Counted from the stretch's first letter, positions 21,874 to 35,670 are shown. The stretch: 64,000 bases of DNA from Paraspadella gotoi (GCA_051294375.1 CM119267.1:13525081-13589080), one strand, 5' to 3'. Program-made: numbers and translations. Notes: a model not told the origin generated them from the sequence alone.

Positions 21874-24170
21874 TCAATTTAAAGCAAAATGATCAAAGAA
21901 ATTCTGAACATCATTTCCGTCAAGCACTACCAAGTTCGTCGAGCTAGCTTCGATGAGTAAACTCATTTCTAATTCCATATTTAAAATATCTGGTATATCC
22001 TCGACCAAGAAAGTCAATTTATTATCAGAGCATTTAACATCGCAACATTGAGATTGTTCGCCGGATAAATAACAGTTAGCACCACAACTTGTTTCTAGAA
22101 TACTTTTGTTATTTACGGTATCATAAACAGTATTTAAGAAAAACAAGAAAGATCTTTTTAGATAAGGCTCATCCCCATTGTAGTCCAAACCGAAACTTGG
22201 CATACTTTCTTCATGTAAATTTTCATATAAAACCTCATTATTGGACTTATCAGAGCCACATTTTTCCTCAAAAGAAAAGTTGACTTCCCCTCCATTAGTA
22301 ACATCAAGATCCTGAACCATATTATTTCTTATGTCTTCAAAATCACAATTTGATAGATTGCCATCTTCCTCAAAACTGTCTTCAACACCCCTAATTTTCT
22401 CTGGAGTACTAACGGTAGATAACCTATGTAGACTATCCCTTTCTGGAAAAGAAATGTCCCGTATCGTACAAGTAAGAGGAGAATTAGTAACAGGACATAT
22501 TTCCATACAGGATTTGTTATCAGCAGTAAAGTTATTGACAGCTCGTAATTGGGGTTGAATATTTTTCACATCATTTTTAACAAAACCGTCTGTTTTGAAG
22601 TTATGAGCAGATAATAGATTATTTCTCTCTCTTCTACTATATACAACCGAATATTTACAAGGATCAACAACTTTACCCGGCTTCTCTCGTTCTCGTTTTT
22701 TTATCATGACATTCGAATTTCCAAATGTACTAATATGAGAAAACTCATTAACATAATTTTTAGGTTCTGGAATATTTTCCATTGCATTACCTATTGATAG
22801 ATCAGACAAATTTCCATGAAATGGAGGTGAAATGTCAGTAAGTCCAGAAAATGGGGTTAAACTATCCTCCTGATTTAATTTTACAATGTTTTCGATGAGG
22901 TCCGTCCGACTCGAGGAGGAGAGTGGTAGTGGAAAATCACCTGATTCTGGTAGTGGTGCAAGTTCTTTGTCCTCAGAATTGTTCGGTTCCAGGTCCTCCT
23001 CATATTTATCTTTATTAGATAAATCAATAAAATCTTCTTCGACTTCCACCGTTTCTTCCAATATATCAAGAATATTCCGTTTATAAACCGCACTTCTTGA
23101 CTTAGAAAAACTGATTTTATAAGCGTTATCAAATTTTGACGGACTTCTGAGAATAATGGTACTTTTTTTGGCTTGACTTTCATTAATCAGTCTGGAATCG
23201 TCCTCAAATTCGTCAATGTTTAGCTCAATAACAGATTCGATAACCTTCGTGTCGGATGAATCCATTAGACGCACTGATTCCTTAAATATGCTACTTTCGG
23301 AAATTCTAGTTGCTTCTGAGGCGACTGGAGATTTGCGAACCGACTTTCCCAAAACTTTCGGAAATACAATTTCTAATTTACTTTTTAAAAAATCAAGCTT
23401 TTTTCCACCGATACTTTTCCAAATATCATGTATGGACTTTTTGTCGTCTTGCACAGAGCAAGGATTTACTTCCCTAAAAATGAACCTAAAAGCATCCACG
23501 AATTTTTTATATTCATCCCTAGCAAATGCATCACTCATTTTAATGAGATATACTCCGAGAAGACTTCTCTTTCCGAAATCGCTTAATTGATTATAGGCAG
23601 AATTAAGCATTTTTAGGGGAAGAGTTTTATTCGGAATTGATGCTTTTAATAGTTTACGCATTTCAGCGAGTTCACTGTCGCGTTGACGTCGCCGAGATAG
23701 AGCTTTAATATCAAACTTTTTCCATTTTTCTTTAACGGAAGTTTTATTATCAACCATTCCTGAAATAAATAATGCTATTAAACTTCGTTTAACTCGACCC
23801 CCAAGTTTTACATCTCCTTTCGTCCTTGGTCTTCTGTAAACTTTTCTGTTTTTCTTCGCTTCCTTTTCACTTTTTATTCTCTCAGCCTCCAAAGCCTTTA
23901 CCTCAGGTCCAACAACTGACTTAGCTCGTTTTACCTCTTTCAAAATATCTTTAACATCAAGTTTGTCGAAATCGGAGTCAAGTTTTTTTTCCACTTCTGC
24001 ACAAGTCATGTTAGGGTTTTCTAATTCTACCCGTCTTCTATTGTCTGCACTCCAAAGCTGCTTGGCATATTGCAAAAAAGGCCTCTTCTTTGGACCTATT
24101 CCTTTCTCTAATCCCCGCCCTGTGCCTGGAGGCCGTCCTCTTCGTTTGACGATTGTTTCTTGAATCTTAG
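21874..24170 (-). CDS. Large coding exon: AT-hook plus several degenerate HMG-box-like segments and an acidic/Ser-rich tail; probable chromatin protein
   Basis: 2.3-kb stop-free frame in AT-rich DNA. AT-hook KRRGRPPG. HMG-like PKKRPFLQYAKQLWSADNRRRVELENPNMTCAEVEKKLDSDFDKL and YKKFVDAFRFIFREVNP...KSIHDIWKSIGGKK. Likely phase-1 acceptor ATTCAG|CT at 24171/24170; the ORF-track N-terminus upstream is probably intron. Confidence 0.75.
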
Positions 24171-27100
24171 CTGAATATGACAGTGACAGTATTCCGGAAA
24201 TATAATTCAAAATTATACAAACAGGCACATTTAAATGATCCTTCCTGCCCAAAGTGAAAAGATGGGAGTAAGAACAGGAGCCTCTCCCATGGCCACTCAT
24301 TAGCAACAGCCAATGCATTCAGCCATCGCACTTTCGGGGGAATGTGTTGTGGTAGGGGAAGACGGGGCAAGATGGTAAGGTTAAGCTATTTTTCCATTTT
24401 TTCTCTTTATTACATGTATGTATCGACCAATGTCTTGTGTAATTATTTTATGAGTTTGATTAATTACTTGTAAACCGTATTAAAGTACTTATATATAAGT
24501 TTGTATATAAGATATATATTAGTTTATATATATATTAGTTTATATACAGTCCTGTGTTAAAAAAAGGACACTGTTCAAATATTAAGTAACGCTCGTTTTA
24601 CGCACATAAAAATTATGACAAATGTAGATTTTGAAATGGAAAATCCATAGGTGTAAATTAAAAGAAAATCAGTCCAAGCATTCAAGAGCTATAGCTCTTG
24701 AAAGACAAGTGGTAAAAAAAAATTTCTTATTTGAGTTGCTTTAAAAAACCATTTTTGAAGATCTGTCAAAAACATTGTATTTATATTTTTTTTAAAAATT
24801 ATGAATGAGAAATAAAGACTTTTAAAAAAGGAAATCATATGTGCAATTTAAAAAAACATCTTAAAAGTATAAGGATCTCGCCAAAGTATAGTATCAAAGA
24901 AAATTAATGAAAAAGTACTATAATCTAATTTACATATTGCAGTAAATCATAATGAAGAGGAAATTCAAACAAAAAATATTTGAATCGATATGAAACAAAG
25001 AAAATGGACACCCATTTCAACTTCCTCACTAATGGAACTTGATACCTAGATACATTGTTTGGTAGTTAAACCATAAACCGATAAAATAAAGATAGAAATT
25101 GTTTTTTTATTTTTGAGAGAAGATTATTATTGACTACTTATTACTTAAGAGAAGTGGCGAGCGAGAATAAAACAGTGGTTCAACCTAGACTATGATGTGA
25201 TGATAATTGTTCATTGCTGTGATGATAAGCATTCATTCACGTGATGATAATCATTCATTGATGCGATGATAACCATAGTAATTGATTGATTTATTAATAT
25301 AATAATAATTGATTGATTAATATAATAGTAATTTATTGATTGATGTAATAGTAATTTATTGATTGACGTAATAGTAAATTATAGATTGATGTATTAGTAA
25401 ATTATTGATACGGTGATTACCAAATATTGATGCGATGATAACCAAATGATTGATGCGATGATAACCAAATGATTGATGCGATGATAATCATTCATTGATG
25501 TGATGATAGTCAGAGAGAGACAGAGATAAAGACAGAGAAAGCTGGACAGCCGTTGGAAGGTCGCTGTACATTCAATGCAGAGCCTGAACTCGTTTTTAAA
25601 CGATTCAGAAAAGGCAGCGCCTGACAAAGTTTTTTTATTTTTTATTATTAATACCTAAAAAGAAAGATCGAATACAATTATTAATACCAAAAACAGTATT
25701 GACAAAATTAGAAACAGTATCAGTGTAAGAGACTAGAAAACAAATAAAAACTAAACTATTAAATTCAACAAAAACAAAAGACACTAACGTTTAAATGGAC
25801 AAAGGAAGAAAAATATATATATAATTTGAAGAAATAAAAGAAAGGCAAAAAAAGTTACAATTGTTTACAATTGGAAATTGTTACAATTTTTTCCAATCAT
25901 AGGTTGTAAAAGATTTTATTTTTATTTGTATTAAAATTAAGATATAGCTTCTCATTAAAAAGGTCTTTTGATATCACAGGTTTTTTATTGATTCAAAGAT
26001 TTTTTTATGAATTTCATCTTCAATATTATTTACTGCAATATGTAAATTAGATTCTCATTTGCATATTGCAGTAAATCATAATGAAGGGGAAATTCAAACA
26101 AAAAATACTTGAATCTAAATGTAATATAAAAATATTAAAAAATATGAAATAAAAAATCTTAAAAGTATAGTGATCTCGACAGACGTTACTATCATAGAAA
26201 ATTAATAAAAAATTCTGGAAAAAAAAAGAATTATTGATATATAATAATTGATTGATGTATTAATTATTGATTGATTATTAAATACTAAATCCTTCATAAA
26301 AATATTAAAATATTAAAATAGAAAAATGAAAAATAGTGAAACAAGTAATTTGCAAATTTTCATATGTATGAGTGAAAAAAAGAGAAGTTTACCCGCAGCA
26401 GAGCTGAACTCGTTTTTAGACGAATCAGAAGAGGCAGCAACGGAAAAAGAGAAAGAGCAACATATAATTAAAACGTAATTGTAATTCGTAGTACCTCTTA
26501 TATTAAATATGAAACATATGATTCTAAAAGATGATAAGAAGCTATATCTAAATTTTTAGCTTCTTATGGTTATACACTTTTATAATTTCCAATTGTAAAA
26601 AAAAAGTAACGACAATACAAAATTTATAAAGAATTTGAATAATTATTACTGGTGCATTAAATATTCTTCCAATTTGTCTTAAGAGTTATAGCGTTCCATG
26701 GTGGCTGCAGCAGCAATTTTAATAAAGCTTATCAAATTTCATCTTTGAGTAGTTGTTTTCAAGCCTTTGTCAAAGTCATATTTGTCATAATATAATTATG
26801 AAATTTATTAGATGATAAAGGAGACAACTAATTTTTACTTACAATTCAAAACATTATTAAAAATATTAATTTTTTTTACATGGCTGACAATAAATTGAGG
26901 TAAAATGGAACAGTGTTCCATTTTACCCCATATGCTTTTTCAGCAGGTTTAAGAAAACTTAATATTAGAAAATAAAAGTTTTCAACATTTGTTGAATAAT
27001 TAGGTTAAAAAAGTATCTAAGCACTTTTTAAAAACAAATTTTATTATTATAAATATAGTTTTAAAAAATAATATTAAAACTTCAGAATATTTTAATTTTA

Positions 27101-28134
27101 TCATATTTTTTGATATGATAGAGAACAAAAAGTTAAATAAAAAATATATTTACAACTTTTGAAAATTCTTACGTTTTCTTGGTCAAAATTTAGAAAAACT
27201 AACAAAATTATCAAAAAATAATGATGATAATAATTTTTAATTGTTTTAATAATGATGATAATAATTTTTTTTTAATAGTTTTAATAATGATGATAATAAT
27301 TTTTAATTGTTTTTTCACCCACTTATGAGCAGAATATCAAAAAAAGAATTATACTTTGTGCAGACAACTTTTTGCAAGCTACCCGAATCCGATCTTAAAA
27401 GTAAAAAAAATCTAAAAAATTTTTTTTAACCATTTCCATCTATAAATAAATAGAGGCGGAAGAGGAAGAAGAAAAGGTGTCTCGAACGAGAATGGGGAAG
27501 AGAAATGGGGGAATCCAGTGAAATATACTCATCCCACTATCTGTTATTTTTTTTAAAAAATGTATAAATTTTCGTTTGAGCAGGCGCTCAATTAAAATTT
27601 TTGACCCAACTTAAATCATGTCAGAACATCGAATTATTATAAATTATTATTATTAAACGCGCTTGCATGAAAGCCGAAACATGTCCTGCTATATTACAAA
27701 TGAAATCGTTGTTGTTAAGACTTCGTCTTTATTTTCATTTATCTAAAACAACGAAAAGAAAGAACTTTCCCAGTGATAAATTAACTCATGAGTGGATGGG
27801 GGGATTGACTTAAAAATGTGGGTAGAAAAGTGTGTAATTGAGCAGGAAATCAAGTTTTGGAATGGTCCGAGTGGAAATGAGTTTAATTAAAAAAAACAAA
27901 AAAACCTGTTTTACTAATTGATTTTGCTTCTTTTTTCATTAATAAATTTATTAATCAGTTAATCAATTAGTCAATTAATTAATAATTATTAGACACTAGA
28001 CAGTAAAGCGTAGTAAAAATTCTAAATTTAACTATATACTATCAATATAAACTATCAATTTCGTTGCGTTTTGAAATTTGGGAGAAAAAAAAAACAATTT
28101 ATTTGTTTTTATCAACGAATTGTATTATTAATAA

Positions 28135-28172
28135 GACATGTTTCGACTCTTGAGTTTTAGAGTCTTCATCAG
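28135..28172 (-). ncRNA. Minimal type I hammerhead ribozyme
   Basis: Minus strand CTGATGA-A-GACTC-taaaactcaa-GAGTC-GAAAC-ATGTC; stem I is poor. Confidence 0.7.
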
Positions 28173-28906
28173 GTATGACAATCAATAATTTCTTACTCTT
28201 TAACATTAGGCAAGAACAGGCAATCGCCCACCTCACCGTCAGGTGAGAGGAGGGCCGTCGGCAGGCCTCTCACCGTCAGGTGAGAGGAGGGCCGTCGGCA
28301 GGCCTATCAGGCCAGAGAGATATTCGAGTGGCGTTAGGCATTTTGCCAGGAGGATCATTACCAGGTCCCGAAATGTCATACTCTACAGTCATATCTTCTC
28401 AGCCCATGACAAGCCAATGACCCGAGCCTATCGCCAACGTCCCACCTTTGCCCGCCCGGGGGAGGGCCAGCTCATTTTGAGCTCTTTCTCTCAACTTAAT
28501 TTCACTAACTCTTTACTTACCTATCCCTCATCACTTATTCTTCTATTTCAATTTCAACTTCTTAAACTCATTAATTTATTTTCCAATGTTACTATTAGTT
28601 TAACTCTTAAGTTTGTTATTTTATTTCTTTATCATTGTTATACATTACAAAAAATGTAAAGATTTTCTCTTACCCTGTCTCTCTCTCTCTCATTTCAAAT
28701 TTCACCCAACTTACTTCTTCCCCTGATCTTACCTTCACTTGTCCTCATATCTGACCACTGTCCTTTGCTCAATTCTTTGTTGGAAACTCCCTCTTTTTTC
28801 TGTCTCTCTCTCTCTCTCTTTCTCTCTCTCTAACCTAATGTTAAAGAGTAAGAAATTATTGATTGTCATAACTGATGAAGACTCTAAAACTCAAGAGTCG
28901 AAACAT
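28135..28906 (+). mobile_element. Penelope-like 3' fragment flanked by inverted ~73-bp pLTR ends, each carrying a hammerhead motif
   Basis: 28138-28210 is the reverse complement of 28834-28906. The interior shares CCAATGACCCG, GGGCCAGCTC and CTGACCACTGTCCTTT..CTCAATTCTTTGTTGG with the 3155-4165 element. Confidence 0.8.
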
Positions 28907-29843
28907 TAATTAATAATCACTGATGGTATGTTGTTAATAATTGACATTTAATATTTTTGTATGTAACTTTCACTATGCCCTACTAGACAGCCTTCTTTAA
29001 ATTAAATTAAAAATAAAATTTTTCTTCATCCCCAAAATTTTCACTTAGCCTAAGCTCTTGTCCTGACAGTAAGGTTTCAGATTTTTATCATTCAAGAGAT
29101 GGTATATTTCCATTTTCTTTTTCCTCCGATCATATGAACCGTGATTACTCTTAAAAAATTAATAAAATTCTTATAAAATAATTTTATTTTAAATATATGA
29201 AATAAATATCCAATAAAATTTTAATTTAAAAAAATAGAATTGATTTTAAAAGCCTGGCTTCTTTTGTTTAAAATTACCCTACCAGTTTTTTTTAATCCTA
29301 GCCTACGGGAAAGTTTTTTTTTATACCCCTTGGAATTACCATTAGGGGTAAGTTTTATTGTTCCCAAAAGGAATTAGGATTGGGAGCGCCCCTTTAAAGG
29401 TCAAAAATCTATTCACCAAGGGGTAGCCAAGACGGTATATCTCGATCTTTGAACGTTCTTGAACGTTATATTTTATAGTTTCTTATGAATTAGTTCATAA
29501 TATTTTATTCATGATTCCATTTTAAACGTGTCTTTTGTTTTTGTTGAATTGTAATAGTTTAGTTTTTACTTGTTTCCCGTTTTCTTTTACACTGTTACTA
29601 TTTTTGACTTTTTCCATACGGTAAAAAGTAGCTAAAATTAGCAATCCCCATCTTACCCCATGTCCCCGCCGTCTTCCCATAGTACAACTTACTCCACAAC
29701 CCCACAACAAGAGGGAAGGGGCGTCTAACCCACTGGTAGTGACGGCCGAGAGTCCGATCCAAAGTTTAGAACATTGAACGAAAAAAAAAAATTAATAACC
29801 AAACTAAACTAAAACTTTCAGGGTTAAACGTGTACTTCAATTA

Positions 29844-32800
29844 TTACTGATCACTACCATATCCAGATAAGGAAGTTAATCTTCTTTTTCGTGTTCTTGT
29901 TGTTAGCATGGGATTAATAAATGGTTCAAGATCTTTGTTTCCTTTATGAGGTTCAATGCCATCTATTTTAGGCTTCAACTGAGGCTCTGTTAACTTGTTA
30001 AATTTTAAGGATAAATCTGATTTAGGCTTAATTTGAATGCAACCGTTATATTTTTTAAAATGTCCAGTATTTTTTTCAGGCTTTGTTTATAGTTTTAAAA
30101 AGTTTAATTACGTGTGACAGTATTTTTTATGCAATGTATTTTTTTTTTTCAAATTAAAACCTTAAAAATTTCTTGAGAGGTATTGATGACTTAAAAAATA
30201 CATTCAGATTCGTCAGTAAAAAATCATAAAAGCATAATATGTTTTAAAATTGGTACAACCAATATAAACTTATCCATTCCAGAGGAGGATTTAGCCTGCC
30301 ATCCAATTCTCCTCTTCCTCTTCTTTCCTCCTCCTCCTTCTGCCCCTCAGTATATTTTGTCTAGCGATACATTCTCTCGTTTCTACTCTTCGCGAAATAT
30401 ACCATTATTTTCCCTCTATTTCTTCACGCCTTCAATACCCCTCAAGCATTCATTTAATAAATTAGTTATCTTTCCCCCGACTTGGGACAGGCTTTGGTGA
30501 TTTAAGGCCTCCATCACACTTACAAGATAATGAATTAGAAGGTCCAGAGTACCTGGCTTTCCTCTTAATGAAGTAGTATATTTTCAAGAATGTTTCAATT
30601 GTAAAAAGGACAACCTCCCACAATGCTCAGAGGCACGGATCATCTCACTGGCTTTAAGCTAAGAGCTTAGACATACATATTTTATCAAATATAAATCTTA
30701 ATTATCCTTCATTTAAACACGATTCATGTTGAAATCTGTCTACATACGCAAATGATATGTATAAGCACTTATACATTTAAAAATTTGTACCGCCAATCAG
30801 TTTGACGCAAATACTACCACAGTAACAGAAAACTATAATCAAAGCCAAAATTTTCAACCTGAGAGTTTTTTACAACACTTTCTAAACCTCCAATGGATTC
30901 TTGAAGATTTTTACTATTTGAAGGTTGGTAAAAGTTATCCTTTAAGTTGTTTTTAGCATCTTTCTGGAACTTTTCCAAAGATAATTCGGTTTCCCCTTCA
31001 ATAGAGCAATACAAAGTTGCTTCAAAATCATACTTCTCTTTTCCTTCCGACAATGATTCTGATTTCTCCTCAGTAATATTTTGATCACTTACATCAAATT
31101 TTAAATTATTAACTTTTCGCAAACAGCTAACACAAGATTTTTCAGGCTCAGCTTTAGAAATGATAGATATCTCTGAAAAGTTTGTAATATCAGCTTGGGA
31201 TAGAGCTTGCTTGACAACAACCGAATTTTCCAGCGAAGCAATATTATTATGGCTTTTCCTAACTTTGTCGTCTTCAGATTCATCAGAGCTAACGCAAATA
31301 ATTTCAATCGAAAGATTAGGACCTTCTTTAACGTTACTTTTTTTTAAAGTACCAACTATCTTTGCTGGAGCAACTTTATCGAAAACAATCGTGGATTTAA
31401 CATTTGGCTCGGGGTCTTCCTCCATAAAAGCTCCCGGAGAAGACATTACTTTATAAATTTTTCCCTCAAAAGACGGTGATTTTAATAATGTTGGAGACAG
31501 AGGATCTTCTAAACGAGGAAGGTTGATTAAATTAGTGAAAGAACTCGAGGGCAATTCTAAATTACGCGTGAGTGAAGAACAAGGCATGGGCAAACTTGAT
31601 AATAATGACCGATTAGGTGAATTCGGCAAAGATCTAAACGATCTATCTTTACTATTATTGGTTATGCTGCTACTTATGGTAGTATCTGAAAACCAATTTG
31701 AAGGTAAATGGTCCGTCTCATTTTTTTCCTGTTTAGCGTGGCTATCCAATGGTGGAAATGCGTTTTTATTTACGTGGACTGGGTTAATCCAAGAATTCTC
31801 TATATTCCCATTTTGCCGAATAGTGCTTGGTTCACGCGAAAACTCAGTACCAAGACTGACTGTTCCTGACAAAGATTTGCTCCGATTGCAGCAAATGTTT
31901 TCATCTGAAAGAAAAATAAGAAAATAGTTACTAGTTACAATGCATTGCTCAAAAATAATACTTAGTAGTTACCGTTTGTTTTATTCAGCCCTGGTTTCGT
32001 CAGACTGGTGCAAACTTGAGAAATATCTGGTCCGCGAACAGTATTATTAAAATCAACGGTTGTGGCTTTAGTAGAACCAGCAGCATATCCTTCCTATCAG
32101 TTGAAGATTATTTCAACAACTTTTTAAAAATGAATCAGTTATACACCACATAAAAATGTTAAACTGATTCATTTTATTACATTCTTTTGATTACATGGTA
32201 TGTATGTACATTGTATGTATATTGTATAATGTTCTAAGTACCTAAAAATAATGAAGTAAAATGACGATATTTAGAAAAACCACTTTAGTTTTTAGAATAG
32301 AAATATATCTTTTCAGCTCGGGATAATGTTCGCTTTAATTCTAATTAGGTACAAATTTTTATATATCTATTCACCAGTTTCTCTGTCGACTAATTTGTAT
32401 TAAATTTTAACAGTGAAATTGTGGCGAATCCTAAATTCGCCTCCTGTATAGCTTGGTGAAACTCAGCTCGTCCCATTGGCTTGGACAGCTAAGTACTCAT
32501 TCACCAACCGTGAGTTCCGGGTTCAATCCCCTCACCGTCACGCTGGTTAAAGTGTGATGGTGTCGGCATAAACACGCCAGTGACATGTGGTGGTCACTGC
32601 AGGTCCAAAGCCCTGGGCGCCAGCTGTCGGGAGATGCATCACACCCTGGGCATCACAAATGTCCCCTCGATGGCATAAAATTCAGAAAAAAAAAAAGATT
32701 CAGAGCTTAAAGCATTGAGATTCTAACCCATATAAAGACCTTATTCTTAGTCATTTTAAAATAACATAAGAGTGATGGAGGCCTTAAACCACCAAAGCCT

Positions 32801-33711
32801 GTCCAAAGTCAGGGGCAAGATAGCTTATTTATTAAATGAATGGATAATTTTTATATTGGTTGTACCAATTTCATAAAAGGTATATATAATTATAAACCAT
32901 TAAATTAAATGTGTTTTAGCTAAATGTTGTACAGTACAGTTTTAAAGTAAAAGCTTGAGAGAAACATTTTCTAATGGTGCAAGTTATGTTGAATATCAAC
33001 CTGAGGGTTACTTGGAGCGTGTACGCCGGAATATACATTATCAAATCGATATGTTGAAAGGCGCGCCATGGAGTTCGATTCATTTCCCTCCATTAGACTG
33101 TTGTGTGGCGGTTTTTCCTCCAGCTTGATATCTTCCCGACGCTTGTGCGGCTGAAAAGAATGAATCCGTCGAACCCCACTTCCAAACGCCATTCGGGAAT
33201 TTTGTGAAAACCCAGCTGCACTGAAATCGGATAAGCTCGTCACGCCCTTAACTGATCTTTTTTGCCGAGAATAAATCTTGGGACAGCGGGAAACAGAAAA
33301 GGCTCCAACATCTTGCAAGTAATCCCCAGCCAAGTAATCCCCAGCCAAAGACGACAGGGTCTTGTCGGACGCTTGATTGTAATATTTGTACGGCCTGCGG
33401 GAAAAGCGTGTACCTCCCATTCCGCCCGTAGGAGAAGGGGAACCAGAAGATGAATAAGGGGACGAAGAATGGAAAGAAGGATAACTTGAACAACCGCTTG
33501 CGAAAAGATCTGCATCACGTCTGAACGTTAAACGATTGACGGAAGGGCGTGTCACGGGGACGACTTCGGGACCACAGCTGATGCGCTCATTCAAAGCTTG
33601 TGATAGACGGGTGCGCGATGACAGCGTCTGACAGACGTAGGTTTCCTCTTCAGCGTCACTCGTCTCTGTCAGGTCAACAATTAACTCTCGGCCGGGTGGA
33701 GGCGTCGACAT
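29844..33711 (-). CDS. Spliced, largely low-complexity protein with SIM-like motifs and a basic NLS-like segment; exons 33711-33001, 32093-31973, 31904-30859, 30080-29844 (~704 aa if it stops at 29844)
   Basis: Phase-compatible GT-AG junctions: CAG|GTTGAT to ATAG|GAA (phase 0); AACG|GTAACT to TTTCAG|AT (phase 1, 68-nt intron); CAG|GTTGAA to CAAAG|CCT (phase 0, weaker). This joins ORFs 32971-33729 and 30814-31872. Motifs LIVDLTETSDAEEE, IEIICVSSDESEDD, RTRKRRL. Confidence 0.7.
32420..32696 (+). mobile_element. tRNA-derived SINE-like element with A-tail; partial copy at 8405-8480 in the ATP5ME intron
   Basis: A-box-like TGGCTTGGACAG, B-box GGTTCAATCC (~32520), 3' A11 tail; about 75 bp shared with 8405-8480. 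Confidence 0.7.
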
Positions 33712-34021
33712 TTTCGACGGCTCATTCACTCATAACTGTCACTTCAAGTTGATTTCGCTAAACAGGAAAGAACATTTGACATGACCAAATAAGTCAAAGA
33801 AAATAGAACTTAAACAAAAAACTATGAAATACCGTCAAAAGTTCAATTATAACATAATTGCTACCAGAACGTCTAACTAGATATGTATCCACGATTTAAA
33901 TTTCAGACGTATCGTTACTATCAGGTCTTCAAAATAATGAAAAGGGAAATAATTTAACAATAACTTGCCCCAGTAGACTAATAATGTAACAAACTGAGAA
34001 AAAGCTGTTCTCGACTCTCAC

Positions 34022-34297
34022 TCGCGATAGTATCCACGACAGGGAATTAGCGGACGCATCGAAGGAGAGGAGTCGGGTGAGGTTCGACCAACGTTCAAGA
34101 CCCGACGGTGGGATCCCCTGCCCAGCATCATGTAAGGATTTCTTTTTAACCACCGATCGAAGCATTCTTCAGATACGCAGGCTTCATCGTTCATGCGACG
34201 ATTCTCGTTCGGCTTAGACTGTTTCGTTTGAGGGACGTCACACTCATAGTAAAGACAAGTCGACTGACGCTCATAGGGAGGAGAACGGTATTCTCTT
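34022..34297 (-). other. GC-richer exon-like segment upstream of the SIM-motif gene (5' UTR or coding exon)
   Basis: Open frame EYRSPPYERQ...GYYR bounded by TCAAG| and CGA|GTGAGA. The next acceptor (TTTAG near 33758) does not join it in frame to the 33711 ATG. Confidence 0.35.
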
Positions 34298-34641
34298 GAC
34301 AATTTAAGGAAATTGGAATGTCAAAATCAGAAGTTAATTTAATATAAATGAAAATATTTAAAAAGTTCAGTTCGCTTAATTTTAATTTCGTTGATTAGAA
34401 TATTGGTACCTGAGTAAATCATGATATGATTGGTGATTTAGGAATTTTATCTTTTGTTTTATTTATTTTTAAGATTTTTTTTCGGGTAACTTTACCATTC
34501 AACGTCCGCAACCAACTTTAGCTACCACCGGTCGGTGCTTTGTTAATCCATTTAATTTTGTTTTCCCTATAATTTTATAATAAAAATAATTGTTTTAAAT
34601 TTATTTTAATTGCTATTTTCATGTTTGAGTTAGAAAATGAA

Positions 34642-34889
34642 TTGTTTGTTTACGTACGAGTTTTATTAACAAACAAATTTCAGCTTCAATATAAGCTTTA
34701 ATCAGCGCAAAAACGAATTTATTTGTGAAACAAATACTTTAACAGACTTTTTCTTTCTTCAAACTTCAAAGTCTGTGAAAATATTTCTTTCACAAATCAA
34801 TTCGTTTTTGCGCTTATGAAAGTTTACATTTAAGCCGAAACATGTCCGATATTTATATTTTTTAATAAAACTCGTACATAAACAAACAA
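34642..34889. repeat. Fold-back element with decayed hammerheads on both arms; paralogue at ~41311-41551
   Basis: TTGTTTGTTTACGTACGAGTTTTATTAA...GCGCAAAAACGAATT versus AATTCGTTTTTGCGC-TTATGA...GCCGAAACATGTC...TTAATAAAACTCGTACATAAACAAACAA. Confidence 0.75.
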
Positions 34890-35061
34890 GGAAAGGAAAG
34901 AAAAAAAAAAAAATTTTATGTTATATTTTTTAAACGGTTAGCTATTGGGTTATGGTCGGTTAGGGATTAGGGTTTGTTAGGGATTAGGGGTGGTTAGGGA
35001 TTTGTAATAAAAAGTTTTTCTACCCTTACCAATGTCTTTTTTTATTTTTGAGTAGCGAGAT

Positions 35062-35670
35062 TAGAGCCAAACTTTGTCAATGGGGTGGGTCAGAAGTTTG
35101 ATTTGGGAACCTTCCCAAATGAAACTTCATACATTTCTGAGAAAGCTTTCAAAGGACCAAAATTTTCTAAAATGGCAAGAAGCACTAGTAATTAATTTTT
35201 AATATTTATTTATAGATAGGAAATGACAAAAAAATTTTTTTAAATTTTGTATTTTTAAAAGCAGATTCAGATAGCTTATTAAAAGTTGTCTACACAAAGT
35301 ATAATTCTTTTTTCAATATTTTGATGATAAGTGGGTCAGAATTAGGAAAAACCTAAAAAAATCATCATCATCATTATCCGATGATTTTAATAGTTATTGC
35401 TAATTTTTAATAATAAAACATCAAAATTTTAAAAAGTTGTAATTACATTTTTTGTTTAACTTTTTAAGCTCTATCAGAATCAATTAAAAAAACTTAAAAT
35501 ATCTAAAAAAATTTTTTGACATTATATAGCAATATAATAATTTTAATTAACAAATTACTCATGATTCGGAACATTTTTGAAAAAAAATATTTTAACACAA
35601 TAACTAATACTAATAATGGATTCGTTTAATGCTGTTTCCATTAAAATTTAAATTTGGTCGGCTACCGCTA
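35062..35670 (+). mobile_element. Family D copy, TSD GCGAGAT
   Basis: GCGAGAT at 35055-35061 and 35671-35677. Confidence 0.85.

Noticed and set aside
20847-23590. Plus-strand ORFs overlapping the POU and HMG-like exons (also 31160-31927)
   Set aside because: Antisense shadows of the minus-strand coding frames.
24171-24390. N-terminal extension or upstream exon of the 814-aa ORF
   Set aside because: Only weak splice signals, and loose similarity to 29650-29700 suggests a repeat; unresolved.
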